Positions 21,879 through 31,808 of a stretch of 64,000 nt of DNA are shown piece after piece. This DNA comes from Trueperaceae bacterium (lineage in GTDB: Bacteria > Deinococcota > Deinococci > Deinococcales > Trueperaceae), in assembly GCA_965214405.1 (NCBI GenBank), contig OZ243956.1:1408001-1472000 (forward strand). Direction: 5' to 3'. The notes under the pieces are model-generated. The model saw only the letters and a list, made by a program, of their open reading frames with translations, made no database searches and was not told the origin of the DNA. The translations under genes were made by a program, and so were the position numbers. Position 1 is the first letter of the stretch, and every line of letters starts with the position of its first letter.

Positions 21879-22167
21879 AAAACGCTTGGACAAAAACCGT
21901 CCCATGTCAACCGTCAGTATGCGGATGCCTGGGGACGTGATTGACGACCTCAAACGTATCGCGCCGCTCCTGGGCTTTTCCGGCTATCAACCGCTGATGC
22001 GCGCCTATATCGGTCAGGGTCTGCGGGCTGACTTAGAGAGGCTCGAGCAGCAGCGGGACTTGAGCGACCTCATCGAGAGTCTGCGTAAGCACGGCGTAAC
22101 GGACGACGTTATCGCCTCGGCTGTCGCGGACGCAAAACAGACCGCCACGTCCTTGGAAAAGTCATAG
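21859..22167 (+). CDS. Putative antitoxin (BrnA/CopG-like ribbon-helix-helix)
   Basis: Overlaps the toxin gene; STVSMRMP..VIDDLK..A...GYQPLMRAYI is an RHH-like pattern. Confidence 0.75.
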   Translation: MKMATLKKRLDKNRPMSTVSMRMPGDVIDDLKRIAPLLGFSGYQPLMRAYIGQGLRADLERLEQQRDLSDLIESLRKHGVTDDVIASAVADAKQTATSLEKS

Positions 22168-22392
22168 GAGAGTGAGCTGTGACAGACCTCTACTTGCTGG
22201 GTAAGCTCGACTTGCTGGACAAAAACGTGCAGGTTGTCCGTCCGCACGTACATTAGCGCTACACCCTGCGCGTACAGAAGTGGGGGCGACCACCCCCACC
22301 CTACGAGTGCAATAGGTGATTTACATCAGTGGCTAGAGACCGAGAGCATACCCAGGCTTTGACCAAGAAAATCACTTTGGCGAACTAAAATG

Positions 22393-23442
22393 CTAGCTGC
22401 CGACACTCCGTTCGGGCGCGGTCTCCTGCCAGCCCGCCGCGCTCTCGGTCGCCTTGAGGATAAGCTCGAGCACCGCCCGCCCGTCTTCCGCGCCGTGCAG
22501 CGGAGGGGTGCCGTTTTTCAAGCAGTCGGCGAAATGTCCAATTTCTTCGGTAAAGGTGCTCTCGACCGCCGGTAGAACGCGCTCCGCAGGTTCGGCAAAG
22601 CCGGTGGGGCGGTAGTAAAGGATGTTGCTCGAGCCGAACAGCTCTCCCTTGTCACCGACCAGATGAAGCTTGTGCGTCCCGTAAGGAAGGGGCATGGCCC
22701 ACGACGTAAGGACCTCACCCAACACGCCATTTTGAAACCGGACCTGCACGCTCGCGGTGTCTTCGCCCTCGATGTGCATGTGAAAGCGGCTCATGCTCGA
22801 GCGCACCTCGGCGAGCGGCGCGCCCGCCAAGTAGAGGAGCAAGTACGACGGGTGATAGCCGGTGTCGATGAGCTCACCGCCCCCTTGCGACGCGACGCTG
22901 CCGCGCCAGGTATTCTGCATCGACGTTGCGGGCGCGACAAAGCAGTCCTGGGTCCTGAGCCAGCGAAGCTTTCCGATCAGGCCCTCGTCAAGAAGCCGTT
23001 TGGCCTCCCTCACCACGGGGGTAAAGAGCTGGTTGTGGCCCGACATATAGGTGACACCCGAGCGAGCGACCGCCGCTAAAATCTCACCGGCTTCAGCGAG
23101 AGTCATGCACATCGGCTTTTCGCAGAGGATGTGCTTGCCCGCTCCCGCCGCCGCCAAAATCGCCGGGGCGTGAAACTGGTGGGGCAGCGCGATAATCACC
23201 GCGTCTAAGTCCTTTTGCTCGGCGAGCAGCGTGTTCCAATCGTGATAGCGCGCCGGGCTGTTGCCGAGTTGCTTTGAGCGGAGCTCCAAGGCGGCGTCGG
23301 AAACGTCGCAGAGCGCGGTGCATTCGAGCTTGTCGGCGTGCGCCAGTATGCCTTGAACGTGAACACCGGCGATGCCGCCCGCGCCAAGAAGGGCGACCTT
23401 GAGCTTGTCTCGGGTTTGTGAGGGTTTCGTCGTTTGGGTCAT
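22393..23442 (-). CDS. Gfo/Idh/MocA family oxidoreductase
   Basis: GAGGIA, GKHILCEKP and GGGELIDTGYH motifs. Confidence 0.9.
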   Translation of the reverse strand: MTQTTKPSQTRDKLKVALLGAGGIAGVHVQGILAHADKLECTALCDVSDAALELRSKQLGNSPARYHDWNTLLAEQKDLDAVIIALPHQFHAPAILAAAGAGKHILCEKPMCMTLAEAGEILAAVARSGVTYMSGHNQLFTPVVREAKRLLDEGLIGKLRWLRTQDCFVAPATSMQNTWRGSVASQGGGELIDTGYHPSYLLLYLAGAPLAEVRSSMSRFHMHIEGEDTASVQVRFQNGVLGEVLTSWAMPLPYGTHKLHLVGDKGELFGSSNILYYRPTGFAEPAERVLPAVESTFTEEIGHFADCLKNGTPPLHGAEDGRAVLELILKATESAAGWQETAPERSVGS

Positions 23443-23510
23443 TATGCGCCTCCGGTTTTAGCAGGATGTGGGGGTAAGGGTGATGGACAGACGGGTGAGT
23501 ATGCGCTTTC

Positions 23511-26500
23511 TCACGCCGGTTTGAGCTTGAGCGTCACGATTTGGAAGGGTTTGAGGTCGAAAGTCACCCCGTTCTCCCCATGCTCGAGCGTCTCTCGGGG
23601 GGTCTCAAGCAGATTGGTCCGCTCCACTTTCGCCAGCTTAAACCCCGTCTGTAAGGTGACCGGCCCGCGCTGCCGCTGGGCTTCGTAGAGCCGCACGATG
23701 ATGCCTGACCCGTCCTCGGCGCGTTTCACGGTTTCGATAACGGCATTGGGTTTATCAACCTGCAAGAAACTTGTCGCGGCCTTCGTCTCACCCCTTTCAC
23801 CGCTCGAGCCGCCCCTCACCGCCAAAAGCGGGTCGTTGAGGGCGTAGGCCGCGGCGATGGTCGTCTCGCCCACGCCGCCCGCGTGCGGCAGCAAACTGGT
23901 GGTAAAGGTGTGCTCTCCCTGGTCGGCTTCGGGGTCGGGCGCAGTCGGGCTCCGCAACAAACTCAGGCGCATGGTGTTACCTTGCACGTCGTTGCCGTAC
24001 TTGCAGTCGTTGAGGAGGCTCACGCCGTAGTCGGCTTCGGACAAGTCCACCCACTTTTGCGCGCAAGTCTCGAAGCGCGCCCAGTCCCACGAGGTATTGC
24101 GGTGCGTCGGGCGCTGCACGTGGCCCCACTGAATCTCGTGGGTGGCAACCGGCGAGAGGATGTTGACGGGAAACGCAACCTTGAGGAGCGTATGCCGCTC
24201 GCGCCAGTCGATGTCGGTGGTGATGTCGAGGCGCGGGCTGTTGTAGGCGAGCGAGAGGCGCTGGGTGTAAGTGCTGTGGAGAATGGTGCGCTTTAGCTCG
24301 AGGGTCGCCCGCAAGGGTCCGCTTTCTATCACCGTGATGGAAGTTGCAGGTTCAGCGTAGTAGACCTTGTCGTCGTAGAAAATATCCACGTCCCAGGCGT
24401 CCCACAAGTTGGGTCTATCCTCAAAGGCGAGAAACTGGTTGCCTTTGGCACCCTCGGCCAGCACCTCGCGGTTCGCGGTCTTGTCGAAAACGCGGACGAG
24501 GTCACCCTCGCTATCAAGTTCGATGCGGACGAACGGGTTCTCGAGGTGCCTCTCGCTGACGCTCAGTTCAGTCTCAGGCGTGTCACCTGCGTCGCCACTA
24601 ATCAAAGGGGTGACGCTGTAGGGTCCTAACCGCCCCGCCGCAATCAGCGTTCCCCCCTCGACCGCTTGCGTGAGTACCGGCCCCCCGTCGGCGCGGCGCA
24701 ACGTACTGGGCACAGTTCCCGGCAAAAACGCCACATCATCACGAACAAACGACGTCGGATTGACCACCACCACCTCACCACCGAGCTTTTGGGCAATAAG
24801 AGACAGGGCCGCGTCGCGCGCCTCCTCACCAAGCCGCTTGACCTCTTCGTACTGCTCCAACGACTCCGTATAAACCTCGCCGATGCTGCTCCCGGGGATG
24901 ATGTCGTGAAACTGGTTTAAGAGCACGAGTTCCCAGGCTCCATGTAACTCAGCCTCGGGGTAGCGGTATCCAGCGTCCAGCGTGCTCGCCAGCGACGCCA
25001 CGAACTCGGCGTCGTGGAGCAAAAATTCGCTTTTGCGGTTCGCGCGTTTGTTGCGGCCCTGCGTGGTGTAGGTGCCGCGGTGCAGCTCTAGATACAACTC
25101 GCCGTTCCAGGTCGGCAGCATGTCGCCGGAGGTTTCTTCAAGCCGCTCGAAAAAGCTCTTGGCGGTGCTGTAACGCATTTTGGGCACGCCCGGGAAATCT
25201 TTCATCACGTCGATGTTTTCCAACATCTCCCTTGTTGGGCCGCCGCCGCCGTCGCCGTAGCCGTAGACCATTAAGAGGTCTTGCTGGACGTCCTTTTGTT
25301 GAAAGTTGCGCCAGGTGCCCAAATTTTGTTCGGGGGTCGCCCTGGCGTTGTAGGTGCTCGCGTGCGGGCTGCCGATTTCGGGCGTGGTCGAGAAGTGCGT
25401 CAAGACTTTGGTGCCGTCCAGCCCTTGCCAATAAAACGAGTCGTAGGGCAGGCGGTTGTACTGGCTCCAGCCGATTTTGATGGTGAAGAAATACTCAAGG
25501 TCCGCCTCTTTGATGAGCTGCGGCAAATTCCAGGCGTAGCCGAACACGTCGGGGAGCCACAAGATAGGTGAGTCAATCTCGCCAAAATGCTCTTTGAAAA
25601 ACGCCCGCCCGAAGACGAACTGTCGCGCCAAGGACTCTGACCCGCTCAAATTACAGTCGGCTTCGACCCACATGCCGCCCAGAGTTTCCCAGCGTCCCTC
25701 GTCAACCCGCGCTTTAATGGCCTCGAACAGCTCGGGATAGTCCTGACGCACGTAGTCGTAAAGTTGAGGTTGGCTCTGCGAAAAGGTGTACTCGGGAAAC
25801 TCCTCCATAAGCCGCAATACGGTGTGAAAGGTGCGCCCGGCTTTGCGCCGCGTCTGCCCCAAGGTCCAAAGCCAGGCCACGTCGATATGGGCGTGTCCCG
25901 CGGCAGCAACTGTCACGTTCTTAGCGGGACCCGCGCTGGCAACGCCTGCTTTTAATGTCTCCAGGGCGTCCGGGACGCTGGCGTAAAAGGCGTCGCGGTT
26001 GTTCTGATTCTGATCTACCGCGAGCGTCTCGAGCCTCTTAAACGCCTCATCAAGCGCATTAAGAAGAAGCCCTTTGGCGGGCGCATCATCGTCTAAGTGC
26101 TGCGCCGTTTCCAGCGCCACCCTCGCCAAGGTAACGAACTCGCGCGTTACGGGCTCGAGTTCCACCACGCTGCATTCTCTTAAGTAAAGCCGCCGGTCTT
26201 CGGCGATGTTAATCCCCGTCCAGCCGTGCAGCGCCAGCTCGTGCGTCCCGCTTAGTCCCACCGGGAGCCGCACCTCTTGGTGGTGGCGGTCGGCGGCGGC
26301 GTAGGGCTTCCCGTCTAAATAAACGAGCACTTCGGGGTGGCTAAAGTCGCCCGCTTCGCCGAGCGGCAGATGGAGTGCCCTCGGCAGCGAGGCGTCCCAG
26401 TCGTCCGGCACCGAAAAGCGAGTCCTCAACATAAATTCGGTACGCGGCGCGCCCCAGTAGGACCCGAACTCTAGGACCTCCCAATCCCCCGTATCGGTGT

Positions 26501-26654
26501 CTAAGAGGGGGGGCTCGAGCGGACCGTCAAGTTTTTTGTAACGGAAAGGCTCGAGCCTTTCACGGCGGCGGGTGACGAGCGGGGTGATGAGCCGGAGGCG
26601 TTTGGCGAGCTTTTCGGGGGTGTGGCGGACGCTGTGGTGGGCACTGTGGCGCAA
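23511..26654 (-). CDS. Alpha-mannosidase, glycoside hydrolase family 38
   Basis: GHAHIDVAWLW, WLPDVFGY, GYGDGGGG, ELHRGTYT, NQFHDIIPGSSI and LLNDCKYG motifs; start set to TTG 26654 behind AGGAG. Confidence 0.95.
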   Translation of the reverse strand: MRHSAHHSVRHTPEKLAKRLRLITPLVTRRRERLEPFRYKKLDGPLEPPLLDTDTGDWEVLEFGSYWGAPRTEFMLRTRFSVPDDWDASLPRALHLPLGEAGDFSHPEVLVYLDGKPYAAADRHHQEVRLPVGLSGTHELALHGWTGINIAEDRRLYLRECSVVELEPVTREFVTLARVALETAQHLDDDAPAKGLLLNALDEAFKRLETLAVDQNQNNRDAFYASVPDALETLKAGVASAGPAKNVTVAAAGHAHIDVAWLWTLGQTRRKAGRTFHTVLRLMEEFPEYTFSQSQPQLYDYVRQDYPELFEAIKARVDEGRWETLGGMWVEADCNLSGSESLARQFVFGRAFFKEHFGEIDSPILWLPDVFGYAWNLPQLIKEADLEYFFTIKIGWSQYNRLPYDSFYWQGLDGTKVLTHFSTTPEIGSPHASTYNARATPEQNLGTWRNFQQKDVQQDLLMVYGYGDGGGGPTREMLENIDVMKDFPGVPKMRYSTAKSFFERLEETSGDMLPTWNGELYLELHRGTYTTQGRNKRANRKSEFLLHDAEFVASLASTLDAGYRYPEAELHGAWELVLLNQFHDIIPGSSIGEVYTESLEQYEEVKRLGEEARDAALSLIAQKLGGEVVVVNPTSFVRDDVAFLPGTVPSTLRRADGGPVLTQAVEGGTLIAAGRLGPYSVTPLISGDAGDTPETELSVSERHLENPFVRIELDSEGDLVRVFDKTANREVLAEGAKGNQFLAFEDRPNLWDAWDVDIFYDDKVYYAEPATSITVIESGPLRATLELKRTILHSTYTQRLSLAYNSPRLDITTDIDWRERHTLLKVAFPVNILSPVATHEIQWGHVQRPTHRNTSWDWARFETCAQKWVDLSEADYGVSLLNDCKYGNDVQGNTMRLSLLRSPTAPDPEADQGEHTFTTSLLPHAGGVGETTIAAAYALNDPLLAVRGGSSGERGETKAATSFLQVDKPNAVIETVKRAEDGSGIIVRLYEAQRQRGPVTLQTGFKLAKVERTNLLETPRETLEHGENGVTFDLKPFQIVTLKLKPA

Positions 26655-26784
26655 CGGGTTTCTCCTCGTGAGTAGGCGTGTGAGTGCGGGCGGCTGAGCC
26701 GATACCGCGATTAAAGCATAAACTGACGCTTTCGGACGACTTCGTTCTTGGTTCGCATAGGCGCTCTGCTTCCTTAACCCATCT

Positions 26785-27807
26785 TTAGAATGCTGTGCGG
26801 GGCGTGACCCAACTCGCCTCTTGCGCGCCCTCGTAAAGCGCGGCCATGACGGCGTTGCGGTAGGCGGCCTCGAGGGGGTCGACGAGCGACACATCTTCAG
26901 CATCTTTATCAGCCGATTTGCTCTCTAAAGCGTCCAGAAACAGCTCAAAGGCGTGCGGCAAGGGTTCGGGAAGGTCTTGCCACGCCTCTCCGGTCGCGCC
27001 CTCGACGTGCTCGCTTTTGAAGTGAAGCGTGTCGCCGACGGCGTAGGCGTGACCCTCGGTGCCGCTGACGAGCACTTTGACCGGGTCGGCGACATCGACC
27101 CAGCCCGCCGCCAGCGTGCCCACCGCGCCGTTCTTGAAGCGCAGCATCCCCTCGCCGGACTCGTCGCAGCCGTCGTAGCGTCCGGTCACGACGTTGATGG
27201 ACGCGGTGACCGTCTCAACCTCACCCAGCAGCCACAGCAAGATGTCGAGCGAGTGCGTGCCCAAGTCCCCGAACGCGCCGCAGCCCGCCCTCTCTGGGTC
27301 CGCCATCCAGCGCCAGTCGTTGTCGAACCAGCCCTTGAGCGCGCCCGCGTGGCAGTTCGAGTGCCTAACGCGGGTGATGGTGCCGAAGTGCCCCTTTTCT
27401 ATCGCCTCTTTTAAGAAGCGGTGGATGGGCTGTCCGCGCATGAAGTAGCCCGTTTGAAAAAGAAGACCGGCCTCCTTGACGGCCTGCGCCATGCGGTAGG
27501 CGTCCTCGGCGGCAAAGCCTAAGGGTTTCTCGACGAAGAGGTGTTTGCGCGCCCCCACGGCGGGCATGACGACGGCCTCGTGCCGGTTCGTCTCGGTGCA
27601 GACGATGACGGCTTCGACCTCGTCGTCTGAATACACGGCGTCTGGGTCACTTACTGCCCGTGCGGAGAGCTTGTCCGCTGCTGCGCCAGCCCGCGCCGCG
27701 TCATGGTCCCAGACGTATTTGACCTTGACCGTGTCTCGCTTTTTCAAGCGGTCGATAAAGTTGGGGGTGTGGATGTGGGCTGCGCCGATGAGGGCAAGGG
27801 TGGGCAC
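26785..27807 (-). CDS. Gfo/Idh/MocA family oxidoreductase
   Basis: KHLFVEKP and GAFGDLGTHSLD motifs; AAGGAG RBS. Confidence 0.9.
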   Translation of the reverse strand: MPTLALIGAAHIHTPNFIDRLKKRDTVKVKYVWDHDAARAGAAADKLSARAVSDPDAVYSDDEVEAVIVCTETNRHEAVVMPAVGARKHLFVEKPLGFAAEDAYRMAQAVKEAGLLFQTGYFMRGQPIHRFLKEAIEKGHFGTITRVRHSNCHAGALKGWFDNDWRWMADPERAGCGAFGDLGTHSLDILLWLLGEVETVTASINVVTGRYDGCDESGEGMLRFKNGAVGTLAAGWVDVADPVKVLVSGTEGHAYAVGDTLHFKSEHVEGATGEAWQDLPEPLPHAFELFLDALESKSADKDAEDVSLVDPLEAAYRNAVMAALYEGAQEASWVTPRTAF

Positions 27808-28007
27808 GGTGAGTCTCCTTTGGCTTAGAGGCAGGCGGTGGGGTGGGAGGGTCGGTCATTCGTCAACGTGAGATTAACCTTTAAGAGCGCTTCAAGGGAA
27901 GTGATGTTTGCGCTCCCCTACTCCCTTTCGGCCAAGCAAAGCTCGAGCCGGAAGATTCGAACCAAAGTAAGCCTCGAGCCGAGCTAAAACTTGAGGCCGA
28001 TCACCCC

Positions 28008-28385
28008 TCACAGCCCGCACCTTGTCGTGTCAAAAATTAGCGTGCCGCCTGCGGGATCGACTTCAAAACGTCTACTCACGTCCGCCAGGCCTCTCAGCCG
28101 TTCCCTCTCGAGCAGGCTCAAGGTGACTTTACGGTTCCAGTCGCGCACCGCCTCGACGTCGTCCGGGGTAGCGAAGCTCATTGCCGTTCTTCCCGCCGCC
28201 CGCACGCGCAAAAAATCGTGCTCGGCGCTCCGCAGCGTCGCGTTGGGGTACGGGGGCAAGCGCCGCGCGATGTCGTTGCGGCAGAGCTGGTCAGCGCCTA
28301 ATATAGCTACGGCGACGATGCCCAGTGCCGCAAGCGCGACGACCCCGAGGCTGGCCCACGGTGACTGCTTTTTGCCGATGAACAT
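28008..28385 (-). CDS. Hypothetical membrane-anchored protein
   Basis: Single N-terminal hydrophobic helix, LPPYPNA, and two Cys bracketing the soluble domain. No family recognised. Confidence 0.55.
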   Translation of the reverse strand: MFIGKKQSPWASLGVVALAALGIVAVAILGADQLCRNDIARRLPPYPNATLRSAEHDFLRVRAAGRTAMSFATPDDVEAVRDWNRKVTLSLLERERLRGLADVSRRFEVDPAGGTLIFDTTRCGL

Positions 28386-28532
28386 ATCTTTAAGCGCCCT
28401 CTCTCGAGCCGTTCAAACTCAGAAAATCTTTCTCAGACAGCGTTCAAGTTGAGGGGTTACGCCCAAGCACAGCTTTTATGAATACTTGGTTGATGTTTAT
28501 ATACCTCCCGAAAATTCCACTTAAGTACGGCA

Positions 28533-28625
28533 TATTAGTTCCGTCATAAAAAAACTTGTACCTATGTTGAATGGCTGCCGTTTCTCTCGTTTTCTTGACA
28601 AATCAAGTGGGGCGATTATATGATT
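28533..28625 (+). promoter_or_regulatory. Promoter region of the family-5 ABC operon with a candidate ROK-type operator
   Basis: TTGACA near 28595 with TATATG/TATGAT -10 candidates near 28617-28624; imperfect dyad TATTAGTT-N12-AACTTGTA at 28533-28560. Confidence 0.55.
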
Positions 28626-28902
28626 GGGGCAGTCCAATTGTCTAGCCCGTAGTGGTTCTTACGCAGTTGCTTGTGTACTGGACGACTACCCTTGCACCTC
28701 GAGGAGTCTTACGCAAGGTCGCCATCTCAATCCGCCCGCGCCGTTCGGCTACGCCGCAGTCCTCGTTCATTCCCGAGTCGCCGAACCGCCTCGAAACGTT
28801 CGGTAATCCGCATGAAAGGAGTTCACCCAGTCGCACACCCAGTCGCACAAGGAATATAAAGACGCTTCAACATGGTTCATTCAACGTTGTGAAAGGAGCT
28901 GT

Positions 28903-30669
28903 ATGAAGATTTTCAGACTAGTCGCTTTACTGTTGGGACTGTCGTTGCTGGGGTCAACTTTTGCCCAGCTCGAGAACCTGCCCCGCGAAGAAACCGTGAT
29001 TTTCGACGTGGACGGCGGCATCATCCAGAGCCCCTTAAACTTTAACTGGATGGTCCCCGGTACCAACCGCAACCAGGGGATGCACCAGGCGGTGTGGGAA
29101 CCGCTCTTTATCCTCAACTACGAAACGGGCGAGATTCAGCCGTGGCTGGCCGAGAGCTTTGAGCCGAACGACGCGCTCGACGTGTGGACCTTGAATCTGC
29201 GCGAGGGCGTGACCTGGTCGGATGGCGAGGTATTTAACGCCGACGACGTCGTCTTTACCATCAACTTGTTGCTGAGCGACGAAACGCAGTCTCTCGGCGA
29301 AGCGGCCAACATGCAGCAGTGGGTCCAAAGCGTCGAAAAAATCGACGACTATACGGTGCAGTTCAACCTCAAAGCGCCCAACCCGCGCTTTCAGCTCGAC
29401 TATTTCTCGGTACGTATTTGGGGCGGTCTGGTCGTCTTGCCCGAACACGTCTGGGCGGGCCAGGACCCCTTTACCTTCGAGTTTTACGACCCCGAGCAGG
29501 GCTGGCCCCTCGGCACGGGCGCTTACAGGCTCGCGTCCGCGAGCGAGAACGAGTTTATTTATGAACGCCGCGACGACTGGTGGGGGGCCGAGGTGGGCAT
29601 CCCCGAAATGAGTATCGACGGCCTGCCCGCGCCCCAGTACCTCGTCTGGGTGGTGACCGGGACCGAGGAGAACCGCGTCCAGCTCGCCTCGTCGGGCGAA
29701 CTCGACAGCGTCATGGACGTGACCCTGGGCGGTTTCGACGCGATGTTGTCGAACAACCCCAACATGGAGGCCTGGGTGGACGGGATGCCCTATGTGTGGC
29801 TCGACCCCTGCCCGCGCCAGATGTCGATCAACAACGCCGTCGCCCCCTGGGACAACGCCGACCTGCGCAAGGCGCTCAACTTCATCGTGGACCGTAATCA
29901 AATTATCGAGGTCGCCTACGAAGGCACGACCATCCCGTCGCGGACCATGTTTGTCGAGTATGGTGGCTTGGAACCCTACATCGAGGCGATTTTAGCCAAC
30001 GACATGGGCTTAAGCGCGACCGCCGACGTTGAGGCGGGTCAGGCGCTCATCGAAGCGAACGGCTACACCATGAACGGCAACGGCTTCTACGAGAAAGACG
30101 GCGAGGTCTTGTCCTTAGAGATTCAAGCGCACGAAGGCTTTATCGAAAAGCGCCGCATCGCCGCCGTGCTGGTCGAACAGCTCCGCGCCGCCGGTATCGA
30201 CGCCTCGCAGCGCAACGTGGCGGGCGCGACCTGGGAAGACAACAAACGCTTCGGCAACTACGAAGCCGTGATGGACTGGGACGCCTGCGGCTCGATTAAC
30301 GAACCCTGGAACTCGATGAACCGCTATACGAGCCAGTTCTACCGCCCCATCGGCGAGCAGTCGCCGGGTCAGAACAACCACGTGCGCTGGAGCGGCGAGG
30401 CCAGCGACGCCTACAGCGCCATCGTCGAAGAGATCGGCGTGCTGCCCTTGGGCGACCCGCAGATCGAAGACATGGTGGTCGAGGCGTACCGCAACCTCTA
30501 CGACGAGATGCCCTTCATCCCCATCACGCAGGCGAAAAAGCTCGTGCCCTTTGACACGACCTACTGGACGGGCTGGCCGACGGCGGAGAACAACTACAAC
30601 CACCCGGCGACCTGGTGGATGAGCACGCACCAGATTATTCACAACCTCGAGCCCGCCGGAGGACTGTAA
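28903..30669 (+). CDS. ABC transporter substrate-binding protein, family 5 (probably oligosaccharide-binding)
   Basis: Signal peptide; PWLAES, LREGVTWSDGEVFNADDVVFT, LRKALN and YWTGWP motifs; Trp-rich. Confidence 0.9.
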   Translation: MKIFRLVALLLGLSLLGSTFAQLENLPREETVIFDVDGGIIQSPLNFNWMVPGTNRNQGMHQAVWEPLFILNYETGEIQPWLAESFEPNDALDVWTLNLREGVTWSDGEVFNADDVVFTINLLLSDETQSLGEAANMQQWVQSVEKIDDYTVQFNLKAPNPRFQLDYFSVRIWGGLVVLPEHVWAGQDPFTFEFYDPEQGWPLGTGAYRLASASENEFIYERRDDWWGAEVGIPEMSIDGLPAPQYLVWVVTGTEENRVQLASSGELDSVMDVTLGGFDAMLSNNPNMEAWVDGMPYVWLDPCPRQMSINNAVAPWDNADLRKALNFIVDRNQIIEVAYEGTTIPSRTMFVEYGGLEPYIEAILANDMGLSATADVEAGQALIEANGYTMNGNGFYEKDGEVLSLEIQAHEGFIEKRRIAAVLVEQLRAAGIDASQRNVAGATWEDNKRFGNYEAVMDWDACGSINEPWNSMNRYTSQFYRPIGEQSPGQNNHVRWSGEASDAYSAIVEEIGVLPLGDPQIEDMVVEAYRNLYDEMPFIPITQAKKLVPFDTTYWTGWPTAENNYNHPATWWMSTHQIIHNLEPAGGL

Positions 30670-30710
30670 AGCGAGTGGTGAGTGGTTAGCTTTGGGCTTC
30701 TAGCCCTTTG

Positions 30711-30749
30711 CCTGTGGGTCGCTACCGTTAATATCTAGCGACCCACAGG
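30711..30749 (+). terminator. Stem-loop after the solute-binding protein gene
   Basis: Perfect 14-bp arms CCTGTGGGTCGCTA / TAGCGACCCACAGG. Confidence 0.75.
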
Positions 30750-30796
30750 TCCTCTACCGAGCGGGAAAGGTTGATTATGTTGAGAGGCGGGTCTTT

Positions 30797-31807
30797 TTGA
30801 GAGGCATTACGCTGGGCTATTTTCTGCGGCGGCTCGGTATCTTTTTCTTTACCGTCTGGCTGGCGGCGACGCTCATTTATATTATCCCGCGCGTTGCGCC
30901 GGGCGATCCCATCGCGGCGATGGTCGCGCGCATGACGCAGAGCGCGGGCTACGTCGAGAATTCGGACGTGATTATCGCGGGCTGGCGCGAACGCTTCGGG
31001 CTGGACGACCCGTGGCATATCCAGTATTTGCGCTACATGAGAAACCTCATCACCTTCGACCTCGGCTACTCGCTGGCCTCGTTCCCGACGCAGGTGAGCA
31101 GCATCATCGGGCGCGCGATGCCCTGGACGATTGGGCTGTTGGGGATTTCGACCTTTCTATTTTTTGTCATCGGCAACTTGTTGGGCGCGTTTTTGGCCTG
31201 GAAGCGGACGCCCGCGCTTTTCAAGTTCCTTATTCCTCTGACGATGATTTTTACCTCGGTGCCCTCGCTTCTGGCGGCGCTGCTGCTCATCTACGTGTTC
31301 GCCTTTCAGTTCGATTTATTCCCGATGATCGGCTCGTACGGGCGGGGGCTCGAGCCCGCGCTCACCTGGCCCTTTATCAAAAGCGTCATCTGGCACGGCG
31401 CGCTGCCCGCGCTCTCCATCGTGGTGGTCACCTTCGGCTACTGGACGTTGGGGATGCGCGGCATGATGATTACGGTTGAAGGCGAAGATTATATGACGCT
31501 GGCGCAGGCGAAGGGCTTGAATCCCTTCTATGTCCTCTACCGCTACATGATTCGCAACGCCATTTTGCCGCAGGTGACGGCGCTGGCCTTGACCATCGGC
31601 ACGCTCGTCGGGGGGCAAATCTTGGTCGAGTATATTTTTTCCTACCGGGGCATGGGCAACGCGATTTTCCGCGCCATCCGCGACCAGGACTATACGGTCA
31701 TCCAGGGCACCTCGTTCGTGCTTATTTTGGCGACGGCGCTGGCGGTGTTTATCATGGACATGATCTATCCGCTCATCGACCCGCGCATTTCGCACGAGGG
31801 GAGGTAA
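30797..31807 (+). CDS. ABC permease (DppB/OppB-like)
   Basis: PGDP, FGLDDP..QY, DYMTLAQAKGL and YPLIDPRI motifs. Confidence 0.92.
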   Translation: MRGITLGYFLRRLGIFFFTVWLAATLIYIIPRVAPGDPIAAMVARMTQSAGYVENSDVIIAGWRERFGLDDPWHIQYLRYMRNLITFDLGYSLASFPTQVSSIIGRAMPWTIGLLGISTFLFFVIGNLLGAFLAWKRTPALFKFLIPLTMIFTSVPSLLAALLLIYVFAFQFDLFPMIGSYGRGLEPALTWPFIKSVIWHGALPALSIVVVTFGYWTLGMRGMMITVEGEDYMTLAQAKGLNPFYVLYRYMIRNAILPQVTALALTIGTLVGGQILVEYIFSYRGMGNAIFRAIRDQDYTVIQGTSFVLILATALAVFIMDMIYPLIDPRISHEGR

Positions 31808-31808
31808 C

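Noticed and set aside
22170..22385. Possible small ORF after the antitoxin
   Set aside because: Interrupted by stops, with no recognisable motif.
27945..27975. GATTCGAACC, the reverse complement of a tRNA T-loop
   Set aside because: The flanks do not form a T-stem and there is no cloverleaf or CCA, so it is not a tRNA.
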